A stretch of 64,000 bases of DNA from Azolla caroliniana (Eukaryota; Plantae; Polypodiophyta), in assembly GCA_043228905.1 (NCBI GenBank), contig JBHGNT010000016.1:9052001-9116000 (forward strand). The letters are read 5' to 3'. Positions 25,126 to 38,489 of the stretch are shown here, in pieces. The notes under the pieces were generated by a model. That model worked only from the letters and a program-made list of their open reading frames with translations. It searched no databases and was not told where the DNA came from. Each line of letters begins with the position of its first letter. The first letter of the stretch is position 1. The translations under genes and the position numbers were made by a program.

Positions 25126-27180
25126 CTAACAATCATTGTAAACAAGAGACTCTAAGGGGGAAGAGCAGATGTCTCGATGGATGAGGCGCAGCGCGCCGCT
25201 CCATCGCGGGCTCTTGCTCATGCCATGGATCATGGGGTACGAAGAGAGGCGGCCGGATTCCCTCGAGAAGAGCGAGAATTGGCGAGAGCCGGTGAGGGAG
25301 TGGACGAAAGACTCGGAATTGTCCAAGAGATGGAGGTGATCGAGGACCCTCTTGCCCAACACGGAGGAGCTCTTGTGGAGGAGCGAGGAGAGGAGGACAT
25401 TGTCGGGGAACGCATCCCGGCTCTTCCTCTCCAGCGCCACACGCACGATCTCGGTCACCATCGTGTTGGCGAGCCCCCGTATCTGTTGCATACTCCCCAC
25501 AATTGCCCCACTATTCACAAGCCTCTTCTTCTTCTCTGCTTCCTCCAGATGGCTCCACATGCTCCGCCCATAAACCCTCTCGTACAGCCCCCCGGACATC
25601 ATCATGCCCGTCCCTCGCGATCTCCCTCTCCTTCTCCTGCTACTCCCACTATTCATGTTCCTCTTCGCATTAGGCCGAGCCTCCTCCTCATTCATGCTGT
25701 TTCCTGCGCTCCCGCTTCTTCTTCTGCTATGTACCTGCAAGTGCCGCCACCCAAAACCGGGACTGCTATTATTGGTCCCGGCGCTGAGGAGCTCACGTGA
25801 TACCGCCATATCTCTCGTCCCCATCATCTCTGAGCTGCGCTCCCTTATTATATCTCTTATTCTGCTGGAAGTAGCAGCGCTAGCCCACGGCCTATCTTCC
25901 AAGGGTATGTACAGACCCACCTTCCTCCTTACCAGGGTTAATGGGTCCCCAAGGATAGCCACTCCACGTACATCCGTGAGGAGGACGTGCTTGAACCTAT
26001 GTTTCACCATGCCCAGCAACATTTGGTAGCAAGCCCATCTCCTCAGCGATAGAGGAGGGTTGTCGATGAACCCTTGCAGAGTATCATCTGGATTTAGCTC
26101 CGACACATCAAATCCGACGATGGAGCCCCACACCAATCCATCATTTGTAAACTCTTGGTAAGCAGGTTCTCCATCTCTCAGAGCGGTTGTTCTGTTGCTG
26201 TTGGCATTGAGCTCATGAGATAGGTTATGAGATCCCCATAGAGGCCGGAGATCTAGATTGGATGCTTTTCTCTCTGAGAAAGCATTGATATTGAATGGAC
26301 TTATGGATGAATTGGACAGCGCAACGGTGCTGGTGATGAGATGCTTAGACCCAATTATGGATGTTCCATTCCTTGCGTTGGCTTGCTCTCTGATCGGACC
26401 AATCCCATCGTCGTTAGCTACCTTAGAACCCCCGGTAGCGGAGGACAGTTCTAGAAGCTTCTGGAAGCTCTCATTCTCTTCGTGGATCGCCTCCACTATG
26501 AGTGAGGGGAGCGTGTTCCACTGATCAAACAGAAGCACAACATCTGCTCTCGCAGTGATGCCACACCTGTGCAGAGTTCTCAGAAAGACCCTGAACTCCG
26601 TCAATGGAATCCTCTCTCCCACGTGAGCAACAACCACTTCATTCATTGCTCTGTTCCCTCTCCTGAACACTCTCCCAAGACCTCTCAATGCAGCAGCAGC
26701 AGGGATCATTAATCTTTGAGCTGTATCTGTATGATGATGATTTCTATGACTTGAAGATGTATGCTCTCCACCATCATCATCATCGATATTGATGGTGTTA
26801 TGCTCAGAATCATAGCTCAATTTGGGCGGGATTGAGTGCGACTGGTCAAGATTGGTGCTGCAACAATGCAAGAAAACAGAGATTGTGATCAAGAAGAGGA
26901 AGAGAGCGGAGCACACATAGGAATAGAGCTTTAATGGTTTCTTGCTAGAATTAGGCGATGCAGGTTGCATTGAAGCAGAGGAGGAGGAAGAAGAAGAAGA
27001 AGAAGAAGAGGAGGAGGAGGAGGTAGCAGCAGATATGGTGGAGGGGGAAGCCAGGAAATCAGTAGAAAAGGCTGACTGTTTTTCTTGATGGTGGTGGTGG
27101 TGATGATGATGATGATGGTGATGCTTTTCTTCAAAGAAATCTTCAAAGCAAGAATGCTTTCTGATGCTGAGCCTCGACAT
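25126..27180 (-). CDS. Intronless host CDS, 684 aa: plant type II membrane protein, glycosyltransferase (GT-A)-like, uncharacterised
   Basis: Long intact ORF with poly-His/poly-Ser N-terminus, one hydrophobic segment (LYSYVCSALFLFLITISVFLHCC), and motifs LGRVFRRGNRAMNEVVVAHV, VLLTDVRGVAILGDPL and LVNSGAIVG. Confidence 0.85.
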   Translation of the reverse strand: MSRLSIRKHSCFEDFFEEKHHHHHHHHHHHHQEKQSAFSTDFLASPSTISAATSSSSSSSSSSSSSSSASMQPASPNSSKKPLKLYSYVCSALFLFLITISVFLHCCSTNLDQSHSIPPKLSYDSEHNTINIDDDDGGEHTSSSHRNHHHTDTAQRLMIPAAAALRGLGRVFRRGNRAMNEVVVAHVGERIPLTEFRVFLRTLHRCGITARADVVLLFDQWNTLPSLIVEAIHEENESFQKLLELSSATGGSKVANDDGIGPIREQANARNGTSIIGSKHLITSTVALSNSSISPFNINAFSERKASNLDLRPLWGSHNLSHELNANSNRTTALRDGEPAYQEFTNDGLVWGSIVGFDVSELNPDDTLQGFIDNPPLSLRRWACYQMLLGMVKHRFKHVLLTDVRGVAILGDPLTLVRRKVGLYIPLEDRPWASAATSSRIRDIIRERSSEMMGTRDMAVSRELLSAGTNNSSPGFGWRHLQVHSRRRSGSAGNSMNEEEARPNAKRNMNSGSSRRRRGRSRGTGMMMSGGLYERVYGRSMWSHLEEAEKKKRLVNSGAIVGSMQQIRGLANTMVTEIVRVALERKSRDAFPDNVLLSSLLHKSSSVLGKRVLDHLHLLDNSESFVHSLTGSRQFSLFSRESGRLSSYPMIHGMSKSPRWSGALRLIHRDICSSPLESLVYNDC

Positions 27181-27249
27181 GAGGCCAATACCATATGTAT
27201 CTATATAACTAATTCATTCATTAATTTGCATATGTTAAAGAGAGCTAGC

Positions 27250-29100
27250 TAGCTGCTCCCTTCTTTTTGCTCTCCTGATCTGTTGTTGTTGTTGTTCAGC
27301 AAAGATGAGGAAGACGAGAAGAAAGGAGAAGCAGAAATGGATGCAGGAAACATGACGGGTTCATCCAAAGAAAGAAGGCAATTGTGTTCCGATAGGAATA
27401 TAGGAAGGGATGAAATGAAATGAAATGGTGGGTGGGTAGATGGATGGATGGATGGATGGATTAGAAAGAAGAGAACATCAAATATCAAATCAAAATCATA
27501 AACCTGACTGAAAGAAGAAGAGAAAAGCGATAAAAAGAGACCCACAGAGAGAGAGAGAGAGAGATGGATGGATGGATGGATAGATAAATAGATAGATGAG
27601 AGAAAGGCGTGAAATGAAGAAAGAGGGAATAATAGATGGGGTGAGGTGAAAATTGAAATAATAAATCCAAAAAACAGAGCGAGAGCGAGAGAGAGGGAGG
27701 GGTTTTTTTTAAAACAAATAAAGAAAGGTGAAGAAAGAAGAAAACTGTTTAAAAACAAAAACAAAAAGGAACAGACAGACAGACGAACACAAAGAGAGAG
27801 AGAGAGAGTGTGTGTGTTTGTTTGTTTGCTGGGGCAATTTGCTGATTTCACATGAGTCGAAATACTGACTGAACTCTCTCTCTCTCTCTCCTTCCTCTCT
27901 CCACACACGGCGAATGGAGGAAGAGGGGGCTAGAAATGGAGTTTCAAGAAATGAGGAGGAGTTCATATGTACATATACTCATAGTCTCATACCATACATC
28001 CACACATACATACATATACCATGCATACATATATCAGACAGACTGTACTCACTCTCTCTCTCTCTCTAGTGTACTGTCCTAAATTCTAATAATGCAATGC
28101 ATTCATTCATTCATTCATTCACACACCCTCCTCCACCCCTGCTGCCTCTTTAACTAACGAAGAACTATGTACATACCACCACCACGAAGTCTAGATTTTA
28201 GATTTAGGTTTGGATTAGATTTGATTTAGAAAGAAGTGATGTCGCGACAGCAATGCATGAATGAATACAGAGACAGACAGATGTAGATATACATATACAT
28301 AATATTATGCACACACATAGTTTTTCTATTTTTACACACTTATTTATTTTTCTTTTTCTTTTCTTGTGTTTTTTATATGCGCTAATAAGAAAATGAGCCA
28401 AGATTTCTTGTTTCTTGTTTTGCTTTTATATTTATATTCAAGAAGGAAGCCCTCTGTTTTTCCTATTTTCCTTTTATTTTTTACTTGCTTTATTTTTTCC
28501 CTTTGGGTGGGGAGGGGGGGGGGGCGGAAAGAGAAAGGGAAAGAGAAAGGGAAAGAGAAAGGGAAAGGGGAACAGAACAGAACACAGGAAAGGGGCAGCA
28601 AATGAAGATATTTTTTTTGTTTTATGTGATTGCTCTATGTGTGTGTGTTTTGGGGAAGGGGAGCAATTTTATGAATTGATATAAATTTGCATTTGGTTTG
28701 TTTCGCCATTTTTGCACTCACTCATTGCTTCTATAATAAATACATACATTAATACAAGTCAATATTGCCTTTGTATGTATGTATGTATGTACATATATAT
28801 CTTAATTGAAGAAGCCCACCAACCAACCCAAAGAGGAGGTGGAGGTGGGGGGGCATAAAGAAAGAGAGAGAGAGAGAGAGAGATTAATGGTTTTTAAGAT
28901 TCTAGAGAGAGAAATATATGAATGTTTTTTAAGATTTGGGAGAGAGAAAGAGAATTGATGAATATGTGTGTGTGTGTAGAATTTAATGAGAGGATGAAAG
29001 GGGATGCTTGGATGTGAGGGAAGGGGAGAGAGAGAGAGAGGAGCCGAGCAATGAAGAAAAGAAAGGAGAGATATTAAAGACAAGAATGAAGAGGAATAAA
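27250..29100. repeat. SSR-rich 5' leader/promoter region of the host gene
   Basis: Numerous short (GA)n, (GATG)n, (CATT)n and (GT)n tracts upstream of the CDS. Confidence 0.7.
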
Positions 29101-30977
29101 TAAAAGGATCTCTTCATCTCGAGATGGGGGAGGGAAGGAGCAGCATTATGGTAGTAGGTACCCGGTTCAAGATATGTATCTATATTTTGTGTAATAGAGA
29201 AACTTAGAACATACTGTGCAGCAAGACATGAACATCATCATGTTGATGTAAGTTGCACTTGTAATTGCTTGCTTAGGAACACATGACATATAGTTCTCGT
29301 TGTAACAAACCCCTCTTTTAATGGTGCTTAAGCATCTAGCATAATCTTCATTTTCATCCTTTGTATGTCTTGTCAAGAATTTGCCTCTATAATCCTTGTG
29401 TATTTTAATTTTTCACATATTACAGCAACATTCTCAAATATTTGCTCTCTCAAACATGTATTTACATGATTCTCATTTCCAATTTAGGTTTCACTTTTCA
29501 ATGGACCCTTGAGAGGGGGGCCAAACCTTGGAAGTGTAAAATGTTGGCCTATTGACATAATTCCATTCTTCTCATGATGATTGCATAAACTTGTATTGGA
29601 TTTCTTCTCCGGCCTTCTACATACTTATAAGTTATACCTTAGGTCAAATTGCCCTTTTGTGCAACCCAGTTGTTACTTTCAAGTTGGCACATGGATATTC
29701 TTCTATAGAGGAACTCGAAAGCTATATAAATGCACTTCATGGTTGAGGTTAGGCTAACTCAAGAAGAACCTTAGAACTTCAAAAAGATTGAGGATTGTGA
29801 TGCTTGGAATAAAGAGAAGAATCAAATACTGCACATAAATTCCATTTTTGTTATCAACCTCCTACATACGCAAAACAAAGATACATCGTTAAAAGCAAGA
29901 AAGTGGACGGAATGTCCTGTAATTGTATAAGGAATCAAGAAGGCCATTGTCTTATTTTCTTGGGATTAACAAAACATCTCTATGCCTTGACTAAAACTAC
30001 CAAAATACCCTATCTTTCTCATCACACATAAATTATTTACATCCACAAAACGATTGAATATTATCGATGGGATGAGGACAAGCCCATGATTAGAGAGGAG
30101 AATGTGTTGAGCCATTTTGTTTTATATTTGTGGGGAAGTAAGAGTGCAAGAAAGATAAATGGAGAAGAGAAAAAGAACATTTTGGTCATTTTAGTCTTTT
30201 TAGGGTGTATTTTTGGAATTCTACATATAGGGCTTTTAAGGCAATGGTATTAATGGTATTGTTTTCAAGCTCTTGATTCTAAAAGAGATTTGCAAAGCCA
30301 TAATTTGTGGAGGTAATAGTTCGGGTGTCATATCTCAAGCATGAAGTTATAGATCATTGTTATGACGAACCTAACATCAAACCCTTTGCTCCCATAACCT
30401 TGTCCAAACAAACACAAATGATGGAGGCACGACCTCTCCTCCATCATGCACACTTTAATAAATCAATTTATAATATCTTATAAGAGGGACAAATTTGTGA
30501 TGTGGCATGTGTGAAAGGACAACAATATGAAAAGGTCAAGTTTTACAACAATAGAGCATGTAATATATATGACTACACCATGTTGAAACTCAAGATGTCC
30601 ACTCAACAACACTCTTTCAATCTTCTTTCATGTTTCCTTTAATCTTCTTACCTATATAAAGAGGTTTTCCAAATGATGATGTAATCAGGATAATTTGAAT
30701 CATATTACTAAAGCTATTGTACCTTCATAGGATTTATAACTACTACTTCCATTAGTTAAGAATGTACAAAGGAATCATTTACAACTCATATCTTACAAGA
30801 CATCTTGCATGTCAAAGGAAAACAATGTGTAGATGAAACAACATAAAAAACAACTCCAAAACACCACATCATTCTATGTGTATAGCATTACTCGAACACA
30901 TATTCTCCACGTGAGCCTCATACAAAAACAGAATTCAACATAGATGTCCTCCATTCGCTCCTCATGGCAGCACCCAT

Positions 30978-33900
30978 CTAGATGTTAGGAACACTTGGAG
31001 GGAACAGCCACCGCGGTGGTTGATAATTCCACTTCACTTTACCATCCATTATCTGCAGCATCGACGAACCGCTCCATTTCCGAAGGAATCGAGCTCTAGC
31101 TTCTTCACTTGCATCAGATGGCCCTTGAAGACTTTCAAACTCACCTCGCAACGTAGAAATAAGATTAAACCATATCATCATTAAATTCTCAGCCGATGGG
31201 GTTCGTTTACCTGCGAGGGTCTCCTTGCACCGAGATACCCACACTTGCCAGACCGTAAGGCCGACCACTAGTACCCATATGTCCACGTAGCGTTCTTGTA
31301 AGAAGAATAAACCTCCTTGCGTTGCTGGTTGCACAGATCCTTGCTTCACCATTAAAGAAGGATTGTTTCCATTCCACCCTTGAAACCACGAGGCCGATTC
31401 AATGGCCAACCAAGTGATTGCTGTGCTCGATACATGAACCTCAACCCCAAGACGAGCCAAGATTCTTAAGCTCCTCAGCCAAATTTCTTGCGCTCGTGGG
31501 CAGCACCACAAACAATGAGCGATGTCCTCCAAGCTCGCACTACACGCCTTGCAACCACTCATGCCGCCTCTATTCCCAAGCCACTCTCCCGTTGGAACAA
31601 CCCGATGGGTGATTAACCAGAAAAACACTTTGATCCGCTCGGGAAGGGATGAGTTCCATATCCTGCTCCTGGTTCTATCCACGAAGACTGAATCGATAGC
31701 TGCATGGGTCCACTTGTTGGCACATTTCTCACAATACGAACCTAACTTTCTCCCCAAGCGCGTCGAGTATTCGAAGAAACCTAGTGATTTAGCTTGTTCT
31801 CCCTTCCACCTATATTCAGCAAGATCCCATTCTACGCGCTCGAGAGGCTTGCCTTCAACCACGTACAAGATCCAATCCTCCTCGACCTCTTCGACTGGTG
31901 GATTCACCTTCCATTTCTTTCCATGTCTTGCCACAATTCTAATAGGGTACCAGCCTGCACTTTCATCTAATAATCCCATCAGGACGGTCTTCCCACTCTT
32001 TCCTAGACCCCTGACATTGATAATATTTCCGGTACCATCACATTGTCCAGACCATTCACCCTCTTCCTCATTACCAATAGGAAGCGAGGAGACAACTGTA
32101 TTGACTACGTCAAGCATCTTTCTGCCATTTCTGACCTTTCCCATGTCTTCATATAATTGATCACGATTACTGCCGGACAACCACAGCCAATCAGCCACCG
32201 AGTGTATCCCTAGACAATGCAATATAGCCCATGGCATGCACTTGCTTTGTCCAAGCATCATTCCTTCTGGCGATTACACAGTCTCGTTCCACAATAGGGG
32301 TTGGCGCATCCATTCAGCACTAGTATTTGGACGATTCCGACTTAGATGCCCACGAAGCATACTCCACGCCTGCATCACTGACATACAAGTACGATCAGCC
32401 AATCGGTTAGATTTCCTCAAATTTAAGTCCATGCAAAAAGGCCACGCTTTGTGTGACTTCCATTGCCCACCCAGTCTTGGACTCCATAGAATGCTCCTAT
32501 TATGTATCAATGTTTTCCATAACTCATCACCGGGTAGCAAGCTTCTTACCAATATCTTACATAACAATGCCTGACTCTGCAATCCAGGGTCAACCAATCC
32601 TAAACCCCCCTTACTCTTGGGAAGAATCAATGTGGACCATGATACTTTGGCTGCCGCATTGTCTTTCCTCATCCCAGCCCAAAGAAATCCCCTAATACAC
32701 GCTTTAACAGTACGAATAGCTTGCTTGTCAAACATCCACACTGAAATTGCATGCCATAATGTAGACAAAAGCACATGGTTAGCTACTATGATCCTGCCAG
32801 CCAATGATAAGTTCATCCCTGACCAGTTGCGAATTTTGTCATAGATTTTGCTTTGAATATGTTGCAGCTGAATTCCCTTGTCGATATCTACCCCAATCCA
32901 CGTTCCCAGATACCTAGTGGCTTCCCCGTTTGCAATCCATTTGAATTCAGCATTTGGCTTCCAAACAGGCTCGGGCTCCAAGCTGATCCAAAAACCCTTG
33001 GACTTCTTCCAATTAATGGACGCTCCCGATGCCTTGCAAAAGAGCTCAATAGCACTCTGTGCCCTCTCAAGATTCACTTCATTTCCTTGGAGGTATAGCA
33101 TCGTATCGTCCGCGAACTCCGAATCCAGCAGGGACTTCCTTGCGTTAGGGATCGAAAGACCATGAAGATTTGCCCCTTGGCTATTAAAAAGGGCAGACAT
33201 TGCTTCAGTAATAAAAAGGAAGAGAAAGGGGGCAAGAGGACAACCTTGCCTGATGGATCGAGTAAGAATGATTTGAGCTCCTTTCCTCCCTGCAATCAGC
33301 ACCTTACTCGAGCCATTCCTATATAAGGCTTGGGCAACACACCTCCATTCCAATGGTAGCTCAATGACCTTCATCACTTCTTCCAAGAAAGACCATTGCA
33401 CTCGATCATAGGCTTTCTCGAAGTCGAGCATCAGACAGGCTAAGTTTTGATTGGTCACCTTCACCGTTGCAACAGCCTCCCAAAACAAAATCACGTTGTC
33501 CATAATAGAACGATGCTCCATGAAACCAGTTTGATTGGATTGGATGATATCGCCTAGGAAGGGTTTGATTCTCTGCACTAATATGTTAGCAAAATTTTTA
33601 TAAATTAGGTTTAAAATTGTAATGGGCCTCCATTGCTTAATCTCGTGCAGCGCAGTCTCCGATTTCGGAATCAAGTAGATCAAGCCTTCATTGAAGCTAC
33701 TCGGCATCCGTCCCGTTCTCCACATCTCTTGCAGTCCAACTTTCAAGCTTGGAAAAATTTGCTCCCAAAACTCCTTGAAGAAGGCTTTGGGAAGACCATC
33801 ATCACCAGGACAAGCCATACTCTGTATCTTATCTAGCCCCGCTACAATCTCTTCCTCCTCTATGGCTTTTGACAACTGCGCTTTAGCTGCCTCTCCAATC

Positions 33901-35252
33901 CTGGTTTTCAAGCATGTAATTACACCATGCATCAGGTTACTCGGAGGGTCGTTTGTCAATGTAGGAGCTAAAAGGACTCTGTAGTAATTAGTCGCCATTT
34001 GCAAGATTTCCTCTTGATCAAATGTCATTGAATCATCCTCCCGTTTGAGACTATGAATATGTGTTCCTCTCCGTTTCGGAGTCTTGGCAAGAAAAAATTC
34101 CCTGTTAACTTTATCTCCCTTGACAGCCCACCATGCTGCTGACTTTCTGAAGAGGAATTGCTCACGTTGCTGTCTAACCTCCTGCAGCAACCTAGTGGCC
34201 TCCTGCAACTTGTCTTTCGCCCAAGCACAACATGGGTCCACTTGCGTGAGCTTTTGAGCTGAGATGACTGCCTTCCTTAGGCATTGCAGACGGTATTGAC
34301 ATCTTAACAGCTCCTCCCTAGCCACTTTCTGAAGAAACAAAGAAGAATTAATAATCTTTTCCTCCAGTACCTGTATCGGGTCGTGGGCTGATGGGGATGC
34401 CATCCAAATGGTATTCATTGCATCCTTAACCTTCTGGATACCGAAAATCTTCGGAGGAATCCTCACATTGCTCTCACTCTTCTTCTTATAAATAGGTTCA
34501 AGAGTCAAGGATACTGGAAGGTGATCCGAATAAGTAAAACCAGCAAGAATGGATGAGAAGCCACTCCATTCCTCTATCCCGGGGCTCACATAGATGCGGT
34601 CCAATCTAGAGTGACATCCTTCACTCTCCTTCCAGCCAAAACGTGAGAACCTTAAGGAATTCACCTCAACTGCCATAGTAGAATACCACGAGTCCCGGAT
34701 TCCCAACATAGAAGTTAAGAAACCCCACGCTCTAAGCTCCTCCCCATGTAGCAAGTTCGAATGAGCCCCAAGACAATCTTCCACTCTCTCTGTCATGTTA
34801 AAATCCCCTGCCACTATCCAATTGTCGACGGAGGGAATTTTGTTTGCCAACTGTCTCCAAAATGAGGTCCTCTCATTGCTAATGTTAGGTGCGTAGACAT
34901 TCAGCACCCCAAATTTTACATTCCTCCATTCCAAGTAGCAGAACATAGCCCTACCTTCGATCAATATGCCATGATCCAAGATGATGATATCCGCTGATTT
35001 CCTCACCGAAATACACACTCCACCTCTCCTTTCTAACACGCCGTGAGCAGGAGCCCACCATGTGTACCAATCCACTGGCAACGGGTCTTTGAACAGTTCC
35101 GTTCTTTCTCGGCCAAGGTGATGCTCTTGTAAGAGCAAAATATCAATAGTTTTACAAAGGCCGTCAGCTTCCCATTCTCTCCTAAACCGACGCTTCTCTA
35201 GCTGATGTTGAGATCCACCAAGTCCTTGCACATTCCAAGAACAAATTCTCAT
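30978..35252 (-). pseudogene. LINE ORF2 (endonuclease-reverse transcriptase) with one in-frame TAA at 32274-32276
   Basis: Endonuclease motifs MRICSWNVQGL, GDFN and SDHLP; RT motifs DFEKAYD, RQGCPLAP and FADD; C-terminal CKAC..HCLWCC finger. The two ORF pieces are in frame. Confidence 0.92.
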
Positions 35253-37558
35253 TGACTTGGGTTCACAAAAAAAGCCAAGGGGGAATCTCCCATGCTCGAC
35301 AAATATGTCTCTATCATACGCCGTATAAATTCCCACTCCATACTTATTTTCCATTCTTGATTCTTGGGCACTTCAGCACAGTGGAAGTGGAACAAACCAG
35401 GCTTCAGCCCTAGATCCTGTACCTTCCATATGCAAACCACTGGAACATCTTGAGCAAGTTCCATAAGCTCCCCTTGTATCGGGGAGCTCGTCCATAATGT
35501 TTGCAGCCCTACAACCTTATTTTCAAATGTAAGGTACTGGAGACATAATGTTGCCCTGTTACAAAACGCCTTCAAGGACGAGTCTTCTCCTCTTTCATTT
35601 TTCAAATCAGGTTCCAAGTCAAAAGAACAACCAGTCTCCGGTCTGCCGGAGTTGCTGTTGAAGAGGACCATGTGTGCTCTAGTCCACCCATGCACTCTTA
35701 CCCTTGTATTACTAATGTTCACCACAACCTTGGGTACTTGCATATCTTGCATCCTCAATGCTTGCATCATAACAAACTCCACACCCACAGTTGAGGGATT
35801 TCCAACCTCAGTCCGTGTGATCATTTTTTTTGATGCAATATTCCTGACGTCCACTTCACTTTCCTTGTCCTTCCCTTTCCTGATCCAGGCCTTAACCACT
35901 CTCAGGTCTGATGAAAATCTACTATCACGACCCTCAGAGGGCTCTACGAGTGCTTCATGGGTCTCGACTCAAGGTAGTAACTCAAATGGAGTTGCTAAAA
36001 TTATTTCGCCTTCCTAGGGTTCCATTTGCGAAAGGATGTCAAATCTATTCGAAATGGAACCTCCACTTGTAGGTGGGCAGGCAAGACCGTGGAGGCTAGG
36101 CTTGGCCACTTTCCTCGGCGATATCCATCCTTTTTCCTTTACTACTTGCTTCCCATTGTGAACCATGACCATGTGGCCTGCCATCCCTGCATGTGGGATA
36201 TCCGGCAACTTGTTGTCTTGCTGTCCCCTATGCGCTCTTGCATTCCCATACAAGGGGCAGTGTTTGGCCATATGGCCCATCTCCTTACATGCAAAGAATT
36301 GACCCGGCAAGCCTTCATAACTAACCTTCACCACCCTTAGGCCAAAGTCCTCTGTGTGGACTCTAATCTCTGATGGTAGTTTTTTAATGTCACTAACCAA
36401 CACCTTCATCTTGGGCATTTCGGCTACCTTATCTGCAAATGAAGGTTTCGTTGTACATACCACCCCTATATTGTGTGCGAGCTTTGGGATCAAATGGTGG
36501 AGTTGGAAAGGTAGGTCTAGGAAGCATACTGTAATGACCATCGGTGTGCCCGCTTTTTTATTCTCTTCCTTTGCATCGAAGTTTGGACTCCATTCCAACA
36601 TCATGGCTTTGCCATACTTGAGTGTAATCCATTTGTGATCCAGAATCTCCTTCACATTATGACCTTCTTCTAAGATCACATGGTAATAGTTGAGGCCCAT
36701 TCTAAAAATGTTCTGGATAGGCGGCATTTTATCCAAAAGAGTTGCCTGCAACATGTCCCTTAGCATCCCTTTACTTGGTCGTCCTCCTAACAACCGACAA
36801 ATGAACGATGAACACTTTAAACGGCCCACTTCTTCCATCAATCTTCAATTCTCTGCCGGAGAAAGATAAAGGTCGATCCCTTTTCTTTCATCAATGCCCT
36901 CCTCCACCTGCTTCTCTTGAACCTGACCATTGTCATTATTCTCCTTTACTATCAAGACATTGCCCAAGCCTGCCTCGGTGTTCATTTCGGAATGTGCCAT
37001 GATCAGCCCCCCACCTATCTGCTCCTCATTCTGCGGATCTGGATGCATACCTGTACCTAATATTTCAGCTGGAGGATACGAATCCATACCTGTTCCAACT
37101 ATGTGTGTTGGAGGAAGGTTGAGCATATCCATCTCCAAAAGGTTGTCGTCGCATTCATTGATTGGGGAGTGTGGCATGAGCATGTGGCGCCTTCCTAATG
37201 TTCTAGCCTCCAATGTTGCAGACCTGTCCAATGCCTTCCCTGGCTGTCCCGATCTCAAACGCGCAATCCGACGAGAGGTTTGTTGCCGCAAGGGAAGCGA
37301 CGACCAACGAGGACGCTGGGAGGAAGCCTTTCCTTTTGTAGGAACACCATCATTCACTTTCCGCATCTTCCCTGCCTCACAACGTCTCCTCAATGTGATT
37401 CCCTGACACCACAAAACAGCCATTGGTGAGCGGCCGAGACTCCCTCCTGCAACTGCGATAGCCGCTGTGCGAGATCTTAGACAGCGGCACCTAGCTATCC
37501 GCCGCGGGCGCTCCTCACCGTGCTCCTGTTCTTGCTCGTCGTTTCCTCTTCCCGCCAT
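35249..37558 (-). pseudogene. LINE ORF1 (~770 codons, three in-frame stops)
   Basis: ORFs 36845-37558, 36014-36841 and 35249-35899 share a frame; plant-L1-like central region and degenerate knuckle (FFACKEMGHMAKHC). Confidence 0.75.
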
Positions 37559-38010
37559 TCTCTGTATTTTCTCCCCAAAAATTATAATGATTTGATTTAC
37601 ATGTTAACTTTTATTTGTATCTTCTTACTTAATATCATTTGTGATTGTGTTTTAGGAAAGACACATCAAGGGAAAAGGGAACATAAATTTTCCTAAACCG
37701 TTGGCAAGTTGACTTTGTAGTCTTGATGTGTCTTGATATGGCTCTTTTGTGGAGACATACTCTCGTGTTGGCCTAATGGGACATTTGTCATCTATGCTAG
37801 TTTAACAAGAGAAAAGTGCTCATTAATGTTCTCGTCAAGAAGAATGTGTTCCATGTCCCATCACTAGCTTCTTTTACGAAAACATTGTAATAGGTTAAAC
37901 CAACGATAATTACTTTTTGTTCCCAACTTATGGTATCCAAGTTTATGACCAACCAAAGAACTCAAACTTCAAAAACAACGAGAAATTAGGTCAACCCAAA
38001 TATTCACATA

Positions 38011-38076
38011 GTGGTGGGATTCGAACCCACATCTTTGAATCTTGTAGTTTCGGTGCCCTCTCATTGGCCATTCAAG
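38011..38076 (-). pseudogene. tRNA-derived fragment (tRNA pseudogene or SINE head)
   Basis: Perfect T-arm/B-box GTGGGTTCGAATCCCAC with an A-box-like TGGCCAATGAG upstream; anticodon and acceptor stems degenerate. Confidence 0.5.
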
Positions 38077-38489
38077 ATTGGATTCACGCTTTAGTATTAA
38101 AGTCGAGCCCTATTACATTTGATAGCATGTAAATACCATTTGCAGCTAAAATTAAGACCTTGTGTAAAGAAACAATGCAATAAACAATAAACCTACCTAG
38201 AATTTGTGGATTGGGAATCATGGCCAAGCAAGATATCGCATTCAAAAGTGTCAAGGTCTTGGAGATACTCGCGACCACGTTGATAGGGCCTCTTAGTGTT
38301 GGTGATGGTATTGGTGCTAGTAGTTGTGTTATTGTCCTAGTTGATGTCCGCAATGGCATATGAGATATACTTAGTTGGAATTGGCTTATACTTTTACAAA
38401 GGTTGTCATACTCCAGGATTTGTAAGAGAGCCATGCATGATGTTATATCCTCCTTTCCGTATCCTAACACCATCATGTAGTTCATAATT

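Larger units (their letters stand above)
30978..37580 (-). mobile_element. L1/Tx1-type non-LTR retrotransposon (LINE), near full length
   Basis: ORF1 plus ORF2 (APE endonuclease, RT, C-terminal zinc finger). Termini, tail and TSD not resolved. Confidence 0.92.

Noticed and set aside
27249-29083. Hydrophobic S/L/F-rich ORFs upstream of the host gene
   Set aside because: Products of (CT)n/(GA)n repeats.
29500-29530. PPT-like TTGAGAGGGGGG
   Set aside because: No adjacent TG-starting LTR or pol remnant could be identified.
30700-30977. LINE poly(A) tail and TSD
   Set aside because: No poly-T run on + and no convincing direct repeat with the 37560-37600 flank.
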